A DNA stretch of 55,409 nt from Acidimicrobiales bacterium. GTDB lineage: Bacteria > Actinomycetota > Acidimicrobiia > Acidimicrobiales > CADCSY01. Below the pieces are notes generated by a model. It was not told the DNA's origin and did no database searches. It saw only the letters and a program-made list of their open reading frames with translations. Location of the stretch: positions 1 to 55,409 of the forward strand of contig JBBSLT010000001.1 in assembly GCA_038233555.1 (NCBI GenBank), read 5' to 3'. This document shows, one piece after another, positions 29,105 to 37,352 of this stretch (position 1 is its first letter; every line of letters starts with the position of its first letter). A program made the position numbers and the translations under genes.

Positions 29105-31438
29105 GTGAACGGCGAAGAGATCCTCGACCTGCCTCTCGACCGCCTGTTGGGAGAGGCCGCCGAGGTGCGTGACCGTGCCCACGGCCGCCGGGTCACCTAC
29201 TCCCCCAAGGTGTTCATCCCCCTCACCCACCTGTGCCGCGACCGCTGCGGCTACTGCACCTTCGCCCAGCCTCCGGCCCGGTCGGCGGCGCCGTACCTGA
29301 GCCTCGACGAGGTGCTCGACATCGCCCGGGCCGGTGTGGCCGCCGGCTGCCACGAGGCCCTCTTCACGCTGGGCGAGCGCCCCGAGCTTCGCTACCCCCA
29401 GGCCCGGGAGTGGCTCGGGGGTCACGGCCACGAGACCACGGTCGACTACCTGATCGCCGCCTGCGCCTTGGTCCTGGACGAGACCGGGCTATTGCCCCAC
29501 GCCAACGCCGGCGCCCTCGATGCCGCAGAGCTGGCCCGGCTGCGACCGGTGACGGCCTCCCAGGGAATGATGGTGGAGTCGCTCCGGGCGGATCTGGTCG
29601 CCCATCGCGGCGCTCCCGACAAGTCGCCCGAGCGGCGGCTGGCCACGCTGGAAGCGGCCGGGAAGCTGGCCATCCCCTTCACCACCGGGATCCTGGTGGG
29701 CATCGGGGAATCCCGGGCCGACCGGGTGCAGGCCCTAAAGGTCATCGCCGAGTCCCACCGGCGCCACGGCCACGTGCAGGAGGTCATCGTCCAGAACTTC
29801 GTGCCCAAGGGGGGCACGGCCATGCACCGCTCCCCCGCCTGCCCCACCGACGAGCTGGCCTGGTCGGTGGCCGCCGCCCGCCTGATCCTGGCGCCCGAGG
29901 TCCACCTCCAGGCCCCGCCCAACCTCAGCGACGACTTCGCCGGGCTGCTCGACGCCGGGATCGACGACTGGGGCGGGATCTCCCCCGTCACCCCCGACCA
30001 CGTCAACCCGGAGCGGCCCTGGCCGGAGATCGACCGTCTGGGGGAGGCCACCGAGGCGCGTGGCTTCACCCTCGCCCCCCGCCTGACCGTCTACCCCGAA
30101 CACGCCTCGGACCCAGCGCGCTGGCTCGACCCGGCGTTGCGCTTCCCCGTCCTCGACCGCAGCGACGCCGAGGGCCTGGCCCGCGATCACCCGTGGCACG
30201 CCGGCGCCGAGGACACCCCCCCGATACTGCTGCCCCTCCGAACTTTGTCGGCTCAGCAGTGCGCCACACTGCTGAGCCGACAAAGAACGGCTGGGGGGTC
30301 GGCGGTGGCGGAGGTGCTGGCCGGGGTGGAGGCCGGCGAGGAGGTGGGCGAGGACGAGATCGTCACCCTGTTCTCGGCCCGGGGACCCGAGGTGACCTCC
30401 GTGGCTGGGGTGGCCGACCGCCTGCGGGCCGAGGTGGTGGGCGACACCGTCACCTGGGTGGCCAACCGCAACATCAACTACACCAACGTGTGCACGTTCA
30501 AGTGCCGCTTCTGCGCCTTTTCCAAAGGCCCGCTGTCGCTCAACCTGCGGGGTGCCCCCTACCTATTGTCCATCGACGAGATCCAGCAGCGGGTGGTCGA
30601 GGCCGTCGACCAGGGGGCCACCGAGGTCTGCCTTCAGGGCGGCATCCACCCCGACTTCGACGGTGACTACTACGTGCGGGTGGCGCGGGCGGTCAGCGAC
30701 GTCGCCCCCGGCATCCACATCCACGGATTCACCGCCCTGGAGGTGACCGAAGGGGCACGCCGGCTGGGTGAGCCCCTCGAGAGCTACCTACGCCGGCTGG
30801 CCGAGGCCGGGCTCAAGACGCTGCCGGGCACCGCCGCCGAGATCCTCGACGACGAGGTGCGGGCCGTTCTGTGCCCCGACAAGGTGAACACCGAGGAGTG
30901 GCTGGAGGCCCACCGGGTGGCCCATGGCGTCGGGCTCCGCTCCAACGTCACCGTCATGTTCGGTTCGATCGAAGGGCCAAAGCACTGGGCCCGCCATCTG
31001 CTGCGCACCCGGGCCCTGCAGCGCCAGACCGGCGGCTTCACCGAGTTCGTGCCCTTGCCCTTCGTGCACATGGCCGCCCCCCTCTACCTCCAGCGCCACA
31101 GCCGCCGGGGCCCCACCTTCCGAGAAGCTTTGCTCATGCACGCCGTGGGGCGCATCGCCTACCGGGGCGACATCGACCACATCCAGGTGTCCTGGGTGAA
31201 GATGGGCCGCGACGGTGCCCGCCAGGCCCTGGCCGCCGGCGCCGACGACCTCGGGGGCACGCTCATGGACGAGAACATCTCCCGGGCCGCCGGTGCCGCC
31301 CACGGCCAGGCCATGACCGGCCAGCGTTTCGCCGAATGGGTCGAGCCCCTGGGCCGGCACCTGGCGCAGCGCACGACGCTGTACGGCCCGGTCGAGGGTC
31401 GGCCCCAGCCCCAGCCCCAGCCGGCCGCACCGCGGTGA
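29105..31438 (+). CDS. fbiC: Bifunctional FO synthase (CofG+CofH fusion) for coenzyme F420 biosynthesis
   Basis: Two radical-SAM CxxxCxxC motifs (CRDRCGYCTF, CTFKCRFCAF). Start is one of three GTGs (29093/29099/29105). 29105 has ggagg 5 nt upstream. Confidence 0.9.
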   Translation: MNGEEILDLPLDRLLGEAAEVRDRAHGRRVTYSPKVFIPLTHLCRDRCGYCTFAQPPARSAAPYLSLDEVLDIARAGVAAGCHEALFTLGERPELRYPQAREWLGGHGHETTVDYLIAACALVLDETGLLPHANAGALDAAELARLRPVTASQGMMVESLRADLVAHRGAPDKSPERRLATLEAAGKLAIPFTTGILVGIGESRADRVQALKVIAESHRRHGHVQEVIVQNFVPKGGTAMHRSPACPTDELAWSVAAARLILAPEVHLQAPPNLSDDFAGLLDAGIDDWGGISPVTPDHVNPERPWPEIDRLGEATEARGFTLAPRLTVYPEHASDPARWLDPALRFPVLDRSDAEGLARDHPWHAGAEDTPPILLPLRTLSAQQCATLLSRQRTAGGSAVAEVLAGVEAGEEVGEDEIVTLFSARGPEVTSVAGVADRLRAEVVGDTVTWVANRNINYTNVCTFKCRFCAFSKGPLSLNLRGAPYLLSIDEIQQRVVEAVDQGATEVCLQGGIHPDFDGDYYVRVARAVSDVAPGIHIHGFTALEVTEGARRLGEPLESYLRRLAEAGLKTLPGTAAEILDDEVRAVLCPDKVNTEEWLEAHRVAHGVGLRSNVTVMFGSIEGPKHWARHLLRTRALQRQTGGFTEFVPLPFVHMAAPLYLQRHSRRGPTFREALLMHAVGRIAYRGDIDHIQVSWVKMGRDGARQALAAGADDLGGTLMDENISRAAGAAHGQAMTGQRFAEWVEPLGRHLAQRTTLYGPVEGRPQPQPQPAAPR
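30233..30295 (+). repeat. In-frame palindromic element inside fbiC (perfect 19-bp stem, 5-nt loop; 63 nt overall)
   Basis: 30243..30261 ctttgtcggctcagcagtg is the exact reverse complement of 30267..30285. Imperfect pairing extends to 30233/30295. Encodes PLRTLSAQQCATLLSRQRTAG. Confidence 0.85.
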
Positions 31439-32550
31439 GCAAGCGGCTTCCGGCCAAGCGGACCGGAGACGACGACCTCGACGCCCGCCTGGTCGAGCTG
31501 CTCGACGAGGTGGGGGCCACCGACGATCGCGACCAGCTCTTCGAAATCCTGGCCACGGCCGTGCTGCTGGCCGGGGACGGGGCCCACCGCCTCGACCTCA
31601 AGATCACCAACGCCGCCCTCCAGGAGATGCGTGCGGCCTTTCACATGTTCGCCCCCTACCGGGACGTGCCCAAGGTGACCATCTTCGGGTCGGCCCGCAC
31701 CACCTCCGACGATCCGCTCTACGCCCAGACCCACGACCTGGCGGCCGAGCTGGCCGATCGGGGATGGATGGTGGTCACCGGGGCCGGGCCGGGGATCATG
31801 GCTGCGGGCATGGAGGGTGCCGGTCGAGAGAATGCCATCGGGGTGCTCATCCGTCTGCCCTTCGAGGGCGGGGCCAACCCGTTCATCCTGGGCGACGACA
31901 AGCTCATCGAGATGAAGTACTTCTTCACCCGCAAGCTGATGCTGATCAAGGAGTCGGCCGCCTTCGTGGCCCTGCCGGGCGGATTCGGCACCCTTGACGA
32001 GACCTTCGAGCTCCTCACCCTGGTCCAGACGGGCAAGGCCGAGCCCGTGCCCATCGTCCTCCTCGACACCCCGGGCGGCAGCTACTGGGACGGCTGGCAG
32101 CGCTTCGTCGATCACGAGGTGGCGGGCAACGCCATGATCTCCCGTGAGGATTTTGCGCTGTACCGCATCACCGACAGCGTCGCCACCGCCGTGAGCGAGA
32201 TCGAGCGCTTCTACCGCAACTTTCACTCACTGCGCTACGTCGGTGACCGCCTGGTCGTGCGCCTCCACGCCGCTCCCACCCGGGCCGAGCTCAGCCGGCT
32301 GAGCGAGGACTTCGCCGACATCGTCGATGGCCGCATCGAGCGCAGCGGGCCGTTCCCCCCGGAGGTGTCGGGCAAGGACCACCTCGAGCTGCCTCGGGTG
32401 GCCATGCGCTTCGACCGCCATGGCTTCGGCCGCCTCCGTGCCCTCCTCGACGCCCTCAACGACCTCCCCAGCGCGCCGGCGCGCCCGTCGCCACCGCCCA
32501 CCGCCGCCGAGGAGGACCGCATCGTCGAAGAGGACGGCGCTTCCGCATAG
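31435..32550 (+). CDS. LOG-family (TIGR00730-like) nucleotide N-glycosidase homologue, long form
   Basis: TGAGPGIMAAGMEGA and ALPGGFGTLDETFE motifs. 371 aa with N- and C-terminal extensions. GTGA overlap with the fbiC stop. Confidence 0.8.
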   Translation: MSKRLPAKRTGDDDLDARLVELLDEVGATDDRDQLFEILATAVLLAGDGAHRLDLKITNAALQEMRAAFHMFAPYRDVPKVTIFGSARTTSDDPLYAQTHDLAAELADRGWMVVTGAGPGIMAAGMEGAGRENAIGVLIRLPFEGGANPFILGDDKLIEMKYFFTRKLMLIKESAAFVALPGGFGTLDETFELLTLVQTGKAEPVPIVLLDTPGGSYWDGWQRFVDHEVAGNAMISREDFALYRITDSVATAVSEIERFYRNFHSLRYVGDRLVVRLHAAPTRAELSRLSEDFADIVDGRIERSGPFPPEVSGKDHLELPRVAMRFDRHGFGRLRALLDALNDLPSAPARPSPPPTAAEEDRIVEEDGASA

Positions 32551-32574
32551 CCACCTGGGTCGATGAGGACCGGA

Positions 32575-32593
32575 GATCAGATAGTCTGATCGC
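32575..32593 (+). promoter_or_regulatory. Operator/-10 of phd-vapC: IR gatcaga-tag-tctgatc overlapping TAGTCT, 6 nt before the ATG
   Basis: Read directly from the sequence. The -10-like TANNNT lies at 32582..32587. Confidence 0.4.
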
Positions 32594-32836
32594 ATGGCCG
32601 ATGTGACTGCCACCGACGCAGCCAGGAACTTCGCTGACCTCCTCGATGCGATCGAGCATCGAGGCGAGCGTTTCACCATCGTCCGCCGGGGAAGAGCGGT
32701 CGCCCACCTCGAACCGGTGGCGCACGGGCGAGGCGCTGCGGCCAAAGCGCTTCTCCGCCGTCACTCACATGACCCGGCATGGGCTGACGATCTGGGCGCC
32801 CTGCGTTCGTCGGTCGAGGTCGATCACCGAGAGTGA
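32594..32836 (+). CDS. Phd/YefM-type antitoxin
   Basis: MADVTATDAARNFADLLDAIEHRGERFTIVRRGRAVAHLEPV. Confidence 0.8.
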   Translation: MADVTATDAARNFADLLDAIEHRGERFTIVRRGRAVAHLEPVAHGRGAAAKALLRRHSHDPAWADDLGALRSSVEVDHRE

Positions 32837-33231
32837 GCCGCCTCCTCTTCGACACCACGTTGCTGATCGGCGCCGAACGTTCTGGCGACGCACTGGATGC
32901 GGTCGTCGACGACGATGACGACGTGGCCGTCGCCGCCATCACCATCGCCGAGCTTCGCGTTGGTGCCATCCTCGCTGACGAACGTCGGCGTCTCCGCAGG
33001 GAGTCCTTCCTCGTCGACATCCTCGAGGTCATTCCCGTCATCGACTACGACATCGAGGTGGCTGAAGTCCACGCCGCCCTCTTGGCCGAGGTGCGCCGAC
33101 AAGGGACTCCCCGAGGCGCCCACGACTTGATCATCGCCGCCACCGCACGACAGTCCCAACGGATCGTGGTGACGAGCGAACTCTCAGGGTTCCAAAACCT
33201 CCGAGGCGTACGAACGAGACAGCATCGGTGA
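32833..33231 (+). CDS. vapC: PIN-domain toxin VapC
   Basis: LLFDTTLLIG..., ...AHDLIIAATA... GTGA overlap with the antitoxin gene. Confidence 0.85.
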   Translation: MSRLLFDTTLLIGAERSGDALDAVVDDDDDVAVAAITIAELRVGAILADERRRLRRESFLVDILEVIPVIDYDIEVAEVHAALLAEVRRQGTPRGAHDLIIAATARQSQRIVVTSELSGFQNLRGVRTRQHR

Positions 33232-33268
33232 CGGTGAATCTGGCCGCCCCGGCCATTGGTCCAGCCTT

Positions 33269-35206
33269 CTACGCTTGGACCGGAGCCTCGCTGACCGCCT
33301 CGCCCGAGGCCAGGACCAGCCCGTCGGCGCAGTGGGCCTCGACCCGGCCGCCCTCGAACTGCTGGTGATAGAGGCTGGCGTAGAGGCCACCGCGGGCCAC
33401 CAGCTCCTCGTGGCTGCCCTGCTCGACGATGCGTCCGCGGTCGACGGCAAAGATGACGTCGGCCGCTCGGATGGTCGACAGGCGATGGGCCACGGCGATG
33501 GTCGTGCGCCCCCGCATGAGGGGCTCCAGGGCCGCCTGCACCAGTCGTTCACTGGTGGTGTCGAGCGCAGACGTCGCCTCGTCGAGGATGAGGACGCGGG
33601 GATCGTGAAGGATCACCCGGGCGATGGCGATGCGCTGCTTCTCACCGCCTGACAGGCGGTACCCTCGCTCGCCCACCCTGGTGTCGAGACCGTCGGGGAA
33701 CTGCTCGATGCGCTCCCAGATGTGGGCGGACCGGGCCGCGGCCTCGAGCTCCTCGTCGGTGGCGTCGGGCTTGCCGTAGCGCAGGTTGTCGCGCACGCTG
33801 GCGTGGAACAGGTAGCTCTCCTGGGTGACCATGCCCACGACGCCGGCCAGGGAGTCGGTCCGCAGGCGGCGGACGTCGATGCCGTCGATCTCCACGCCAC
33901 CACCCGTGACGTCGTAGAGCCGGGGCAGGAGCGAGGAGATGGTGCTCTTGCCCGCCCCGCTCGGACCCACCAGGGCGGCGAGCTGGCCGGGAAGCACCTC
34001 GAAGTCGACGTCGTCGAGGGCCCACGTCCGGCCGGGAGCAGCCTCGGCGTCGGCCGCCACATCGTCGGCTGGCAGTGCGGCTACGGCTACGGCTACGGCT
34101 ACGACCGTCTGACCCTCGTCGTAGCGGAAGCTGACGTGACGGAAGCGAACGTGGCCCCTCGCCTCTTGAGGCTCGATGCTCACGGCGTCGGGCGCCTCGG
34201 TGATGTCCTGGCGCAGATCTAGGTAGCCGAAGATGCGATCGAACAGGGCCAGGGAGGAGCGCAGCTCCACCGACACCTCGAGCAGCCGGCTGAAGGGAAA
34301 GAACAGCCGGGTCTGCAGGGTGGTGAAGGCCACGATGGTGCCGGCCGAGATCGAGGCGTTGCCCCGGGCGATCACCAACCCGGCCACGAGATACACCAAG
34401 GCCGGCGTGGCCGACAAGAAGGTGAAGATCACGGTGAAGAAGGACTGGCTGATCATCTGTTGGCGGACTGACAGGTCGGCCAGGCGCTGGTTGTGCCGGC
34501 CGAAGCGAGCGGCTTCCTCCTTGCTGCGACCGAAGAGCTTGGCCAGGAGGATGCCCGAGACCGACAGCGTCTCTTGGGTTACGGCGCTGACGTCGGCCAT
34601 CGTCTCTTGGGCTTCGGCGGTGACGCGGCGCCGGCGCTCTCCCACCAGCTTGGAGACCCAGCCGAACACGGGCATGGTGAGCAGCGTCAGGAGCGTCAAT
34701 GGCCACGACAGCACGGCCATGGCCACCAGGGCGCTGGCCATGATGACGACGTTGGACAAGACGTCGGACAGCGTCGAGGTCACCACCGTCTGGACGCCAC
34801 CCACGTCGTTGGTAAGGCGAGACTGAATCTCACCGGTCCGGGTGTCGGTGAAGAACCGCAGCGACAGGTGCTGGAGGTGCTCGAACAGCCGCTCACGCAG
34901 ATCACGCATGACCCGTTGGCCGACGATGTTGGCCCGCCACGACTGGACCAGACCCACCGCGCCGCCGATCACCGGCAGGGTCACCATCACGGCGACGAGC
35001 CACCACAACCGGTCGAGGTTCGGCCCGCCGCTGCCGGGCGGGAACAGGGCGGTGTCGAACACCACCTTGATGAGCAGGGGGTTGACCACGCCGACGATGG
35101 CTCCCACAAAGACGAGGGCGACGATGGCGCCCACCTCCCGTCGGTAGGGCCCGAAGAGGTGGACGATGCGCCGGATGGTGGTGGTCGGCGGTGATGTGGT
35201 GGTCAC
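33269..35206 (-). CDS. ABC exporter, fused permease/ATPase (MsbA-like)
   Basis: 6-TM domain, then Walker A GPSGAGKST, signature LSGGEKQR, Walker B ILILDEATSALD. GTG 35206 (645 aa). The ORF to 35560 runs through the upstream vapC. Confidence 0.9.
   Translation of the reverse strand: MTTTSPPTTTIRRIVHLFGPYRREVGAIVALVFVGAIVGVVNPLLIKVVFDTALFPPGSGGPNLDRLWWLVAVMVTLPVIGGAVGLVQSWRANIVGQRVMRDLRERLFEHLQHLSLRFFTDTRTGEIQSRLTNDVGGVQTVVTSTLSDVLSNVVIMASALVAMAVLSWPLTLLTLLTMPVFGWVSKLVGERRRRVTAEAQETMADVSAVTQETLSVSGILLAKLFGRSKEEAARFGRHNQRLADLSVRQQMISQSFFTVIFTFLSATPALVYLVAGLVIARGNASISAGTIVAFTTLQTRLFFPFSRLLEVSVELRSSLALFDRIFGYLDLRQDITEAPDAVSIEPQEARGHVRFRHVSFRYDEGQTVVAVAVAVAALPADDVAADAEAAPGRTWALDDVDFEVLPGQLAALVGPSGAGKSTISSLLPRLYDVTGGGVEIDGIDVRRLRTDSLAGVVGMVTQESYLFHASVRDNLRYGKPDATDEELEAAARSAHIWERIEQFPDGLDTRVGERGYRLSGGEKQRIAIARVILHDPRVLILDEATSALDTTSERLVQAALEPLMRGRTTIAVAHRLSTIRAADVIFAVDRGRIVEQGSHEELVARGGLYASLYHQQFEGGRVEAHCADGLVLASGEAVSEAPVQA
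34079..34102. repeat. (GGCTAC)x4 hexanucleotide microsatellite inside the ABC exporter gene
   Basis: ggctacggctacggctacggctac encodes VAVAVAVA on the minus strand. It sits within an Ala/Val/Asp-rich insert between FRYDEG and the Walker A. Confidence 0.85.
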
Positions 35207-35240
35207 GGCCTCAGCGTACGAACACCCGACACGACCGCCG

Positions 35241-35633
35241 CTACTCTCCCACCGGCCAGTGCTCCACCACGATCTCCTGCATCGGGAAGTGGCGGGGGTT
35301 GCCGGTCGCCAGCGTGGCCCCTCGGGTAGATGCGGTGGCCGCGACCAAGCAATCCGCCTGGGAGAGGGTGACCCCTCGGCCGGCGTACTCTCGACGCCAG
35401 GCGCCGGCTTGCCAACCCTCGGCGCGGCCCATCGAAGCGATCTCCAAACCGAGGAACAGCGACGCGGCGTCCTCAGCCTCACTCGGCTTGAGCCCTCGGA
35501 CCACCTCCTCGACGTTGACCGCCGTGGTGATCGGGGTGTCGCCGACTCGTTCGAGGCCATCCACCCGGTCCACCACCGGCCTGCCCCGGAGGTAGTCGAT
35601 CAGGACCGTCGAGTCGAGGAGGACGAAGGCCAC
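35241..35633 (-). CDS. vapC: PIN-domain toxin VapC
   Basis: VAFVLLDSTVLIDYLRG..., ...SQADCLVAATA..., GNPRHFP. GTG 35633. Confidence 0.85.
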   Translation of the reverse strand: MAFVLLDSTVLIDYLRGRPVVDRVDGLERVGDTPITTAVNVEEVVRGLKPSEAEDAASLFLGLEIASMGRAEGWQAGAWRREYAGRGVTLSQADCLVAATASTRGATLATGNPRHFPMQEIVVEHWPVGE

Positions 35634-35646
35634 GGTCCTGCCTTCC

Positions 35647-35886
35647 CTACCCCTTGAAGCGGGGATCGGAGAAGCGCTGGGCATGGACCCAGGCCGCGGG
35701 ATCATCGTCCCATTCGTGCCCATGGGACGCGATGACGCCGCGAGATCGGCGAATGAGCTCCCAACGACGGCGTCGCTCGAGCGCTCCCTTCACGGCCTCC
35801 CGTACGAACTGGCTGCGCTGGCGAGGCCCGGTCAGCCGGTCGACCTCGGCGATCAACTCGTCGTCGATCTCTATGTGCAGTCGCAT
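35647..35886 (-). CDS. vapB: VapB-type antitoxin
   Basis: MRLHIEIDDELIAEVDRLTGPRQRSQFVREAV is the typical VapB N-terminus. Confidence 0.8.
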   Translation of the reverse strand: MRLHIEIDDELIAEVDRLTGPRQRSQFVREAVKGALERRRRWELIRRSRGVIASHGHEWDDDPAAWVHAQRFSDPRFKG

Positions 35887-35901
35887 GTGTAGAGAATAGC
35901 A
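35887..35901 (-). promoter_or_regulatory. Extended -10 (TGcTATTCT) ending 6 nt before the vapB ATG
   Basis: Minus strand reads ...ttggtgctattctctacacATG. Confidence 0.35.
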
Positions 35902-35965
35902 CCAAGGGGGTCGACCGGAGACGGTGGGGGCAATCTCGGCACGCAGCGTCGCTAGGGTCCAGGGC

Positions 35966-36664
35966 ATGCAGGCCGTGATCTTCGACGTGGACGGGACCCT
36001 GGTCGACAGCGAGAAGGACGGGCACCGGGTGGCGTCCAACCTGGCCTTTGAGGAGTTCGGCCTCCCCTACCGCTGGGACGTCGGGCCCTACGGAAATCTC
36101 CTAGAGACCACGGGAGGCCAGCAGCGGCTGCACCGCTACCTCGAGGGCGAGGGGATGGGCCAGAGCGAGCGTGACGAGCTCGTGCCCCGCCTTCATGCCC
36201 GCAAGACCGAGCTCTTTCGGGAGTTGGTGGCGGCCGGGAGGGTGGCCCCCCGCCCCGGCGTGGAGGCGCTGCTCGACGACATCGAGCGGGCAGGGGTGCG
36301 TCTGGCCGTGGCCACCACCGGTTCGCGAGCCTGGGTGGAGCCCCTCCTGCAGCGGCTCTTCGGCCTAGACCGCTTCTTTCCGGTCATCACCGGCGACGAG
36401 GCACCGGTGCGCAAGCCCGACCCGAGCGCCTACCTCCAAGCGCTCGATGGCCTGGGCCTGGCCCCGTCCGATGTGGTGGTCGTGGAGGACTCGGCCAACG
36501 GGCTGGTGGCGGCGCGAGCCGCCGGCCTGGCGTGCGTGGTGGTGGTCAACGACTACACCGCCGACCACCCCCTCGACGGCGCTGCCCTGGTCGTCGACAC
36601 CTTCGAGGGCCTCGACCTGGCCACTCTGGAGCACGCGTTGTCGACTGCCGACACCGATGTATGA
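35966..36664 (+). CDS. HAD-superfamily hydrolase (CbbY/beta-phosphoglucomutase-like)
   Basis: MQAVIFDVDGTLVDSE, later VVVEDSANG. Confidence 0.85.
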   Translation: MQAVIFDVDGTLVDSEKDGHRVASNLAFEEFGLPYRWDVGPYGNLLETTGGQQRLHRYLEGEGMGQSERDELVPRLHARKTELFRELVAAGRVAPRPGVEALLDDIERAGVRLAVATTGSRAWVEPLLQRLFGLDRFFPVITGDEAPVRKPDPSAYLQALDGLGLAPSDVVVVEDSANGLVAARAAGLACVVVVNDYTADHPLDGAALVVDTFEGLDLATLEHALSTADTDV

Positions 36665-36665
36665 T
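36638..36665 (+). promoter_or_regulatory. Candidate promoter TTGTCG-16-TATGAT, 9 nt before the antitoxin ATG (inside the HAD gene 3' end)
   Basis: Read directly. Short IR gatgta/tacatc flanks the -10. Confidence 0.35.
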
Positions 36666-36674
36666 TCGTACATC

Positions 36675-36956
36675 ATGCGCAGGACGCAGATCTACCTGGA
36701 TGAAAAGCAGCATCAGCGTCTGACCGAGCGAGCGCACCAGACCGGCCAGTCGATGTCAGCGTTGATCCGTAAGGCCATCGACCGGGATCTCGACGGCGAC
36801 AGCGACGAGGGCGCCAAGCTGCAGCGGTTCCGGGAGGCGGTGCGCGCCGCCGCCGGCTGCGCGCCCTACCTGGAGGACGGCGCCACCTACGTCGCCAAGC
36901 TGCGGGAGGTGGGGCGTCAGCGGGCAGAGGAGCTCGAGCGACGGTGGCGGGGATGA
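36675..36956 (+). CDS. Ribbon-helix-helix (CopG-type) antitoxin
   Basis: MRRTQIYLDEKQHQRLTERAHQTGQSMSALIRKAIDRDL. Confidence 0.8.
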   Translation: MRRTQIYLDEKQHQRLTERAHQTGQSMSALIRKAIDRDLDGDSDEGAKLQRFREAVRAAAGCAPYLEDGATYVAKLREVGRQRAEELERRWRG

Positions 36957-37324
36957 GCGTGGTCCTCGATTCGACCGTGCTCGTGGACCTGCTGCGCGGC
37001 CTGCCGGCAGCGACGCAGTACTTGGAGTCCCTTCACGACGCACCTACCTGTTCCGAGGTCAGCCGCATCGAGATCATCCGAGGTCTGCGCAGCCACGAGC
37101 GCAGCACGACCTTCCGGCTCTTCGACGACCTCTCCTGGGTTGCGGTCGACGATGTGATCTCGAGGCGCGCCGGGGAACTGGGCCGGGCCCATCGCCGGAG
37201 CCACGGACTGATCGATGTCGCCGATTTGGCCATCGCCGCCACCGCCCAACTCCTCGGCCTGCCGCTGGCCACCGCCAACATCCGCCACTTTCCCATGTTC
37301 GAGGGCCTGGCCCCGCCCTACTGA
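36953..37324 (+). CDS. vapC: PIN-domain toxin VapC
   Basis: MSVVLDSTVLVDLLRG..., VADLAIAATA, NIRHFP. ATGA overlap with the antitoxin gene. Confidence 0.85.
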   Translation: MSVVLDSTVLVDLLRGLPAATQYLESLHDAPTCSEVSRIEIIRGLRSHERSTTFRLFDDLSWVAVDDVISRRAGELGRAHRRSHGLIDVADLAIAATAQLLGLPLATANIRHFPMFEGLAPPY

Positions 37325-37352
37325 GGTCGTCGGCGGTTCTATCCTCGGCGGA

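Noticed and set aside
30243-30262. TTGTCGG in the fbiC palindrome (and TTGTCGC at 39230) resembling the PafBC-dependent RecA-NDp promoter motif TTGTCRGTG-N8-TANNNT
   Set aside because: Only the TTGTCG core matches. The GTG and a proper TANNNT at the required spacing are missing, and the orientation would drive no gene.
34079-34102. Short tandem repeats as possible CRISPR or minisatellite arrays (also 3731-3750 GCGAGA repeats, 31405-31425 CCCCAG repeats, 40263-40292)
   Set aside because: Units are 6-15 bp, directly tandem without spacers, in frame inside coding regions. They are low-complexity coding repeats, not CRISPR.
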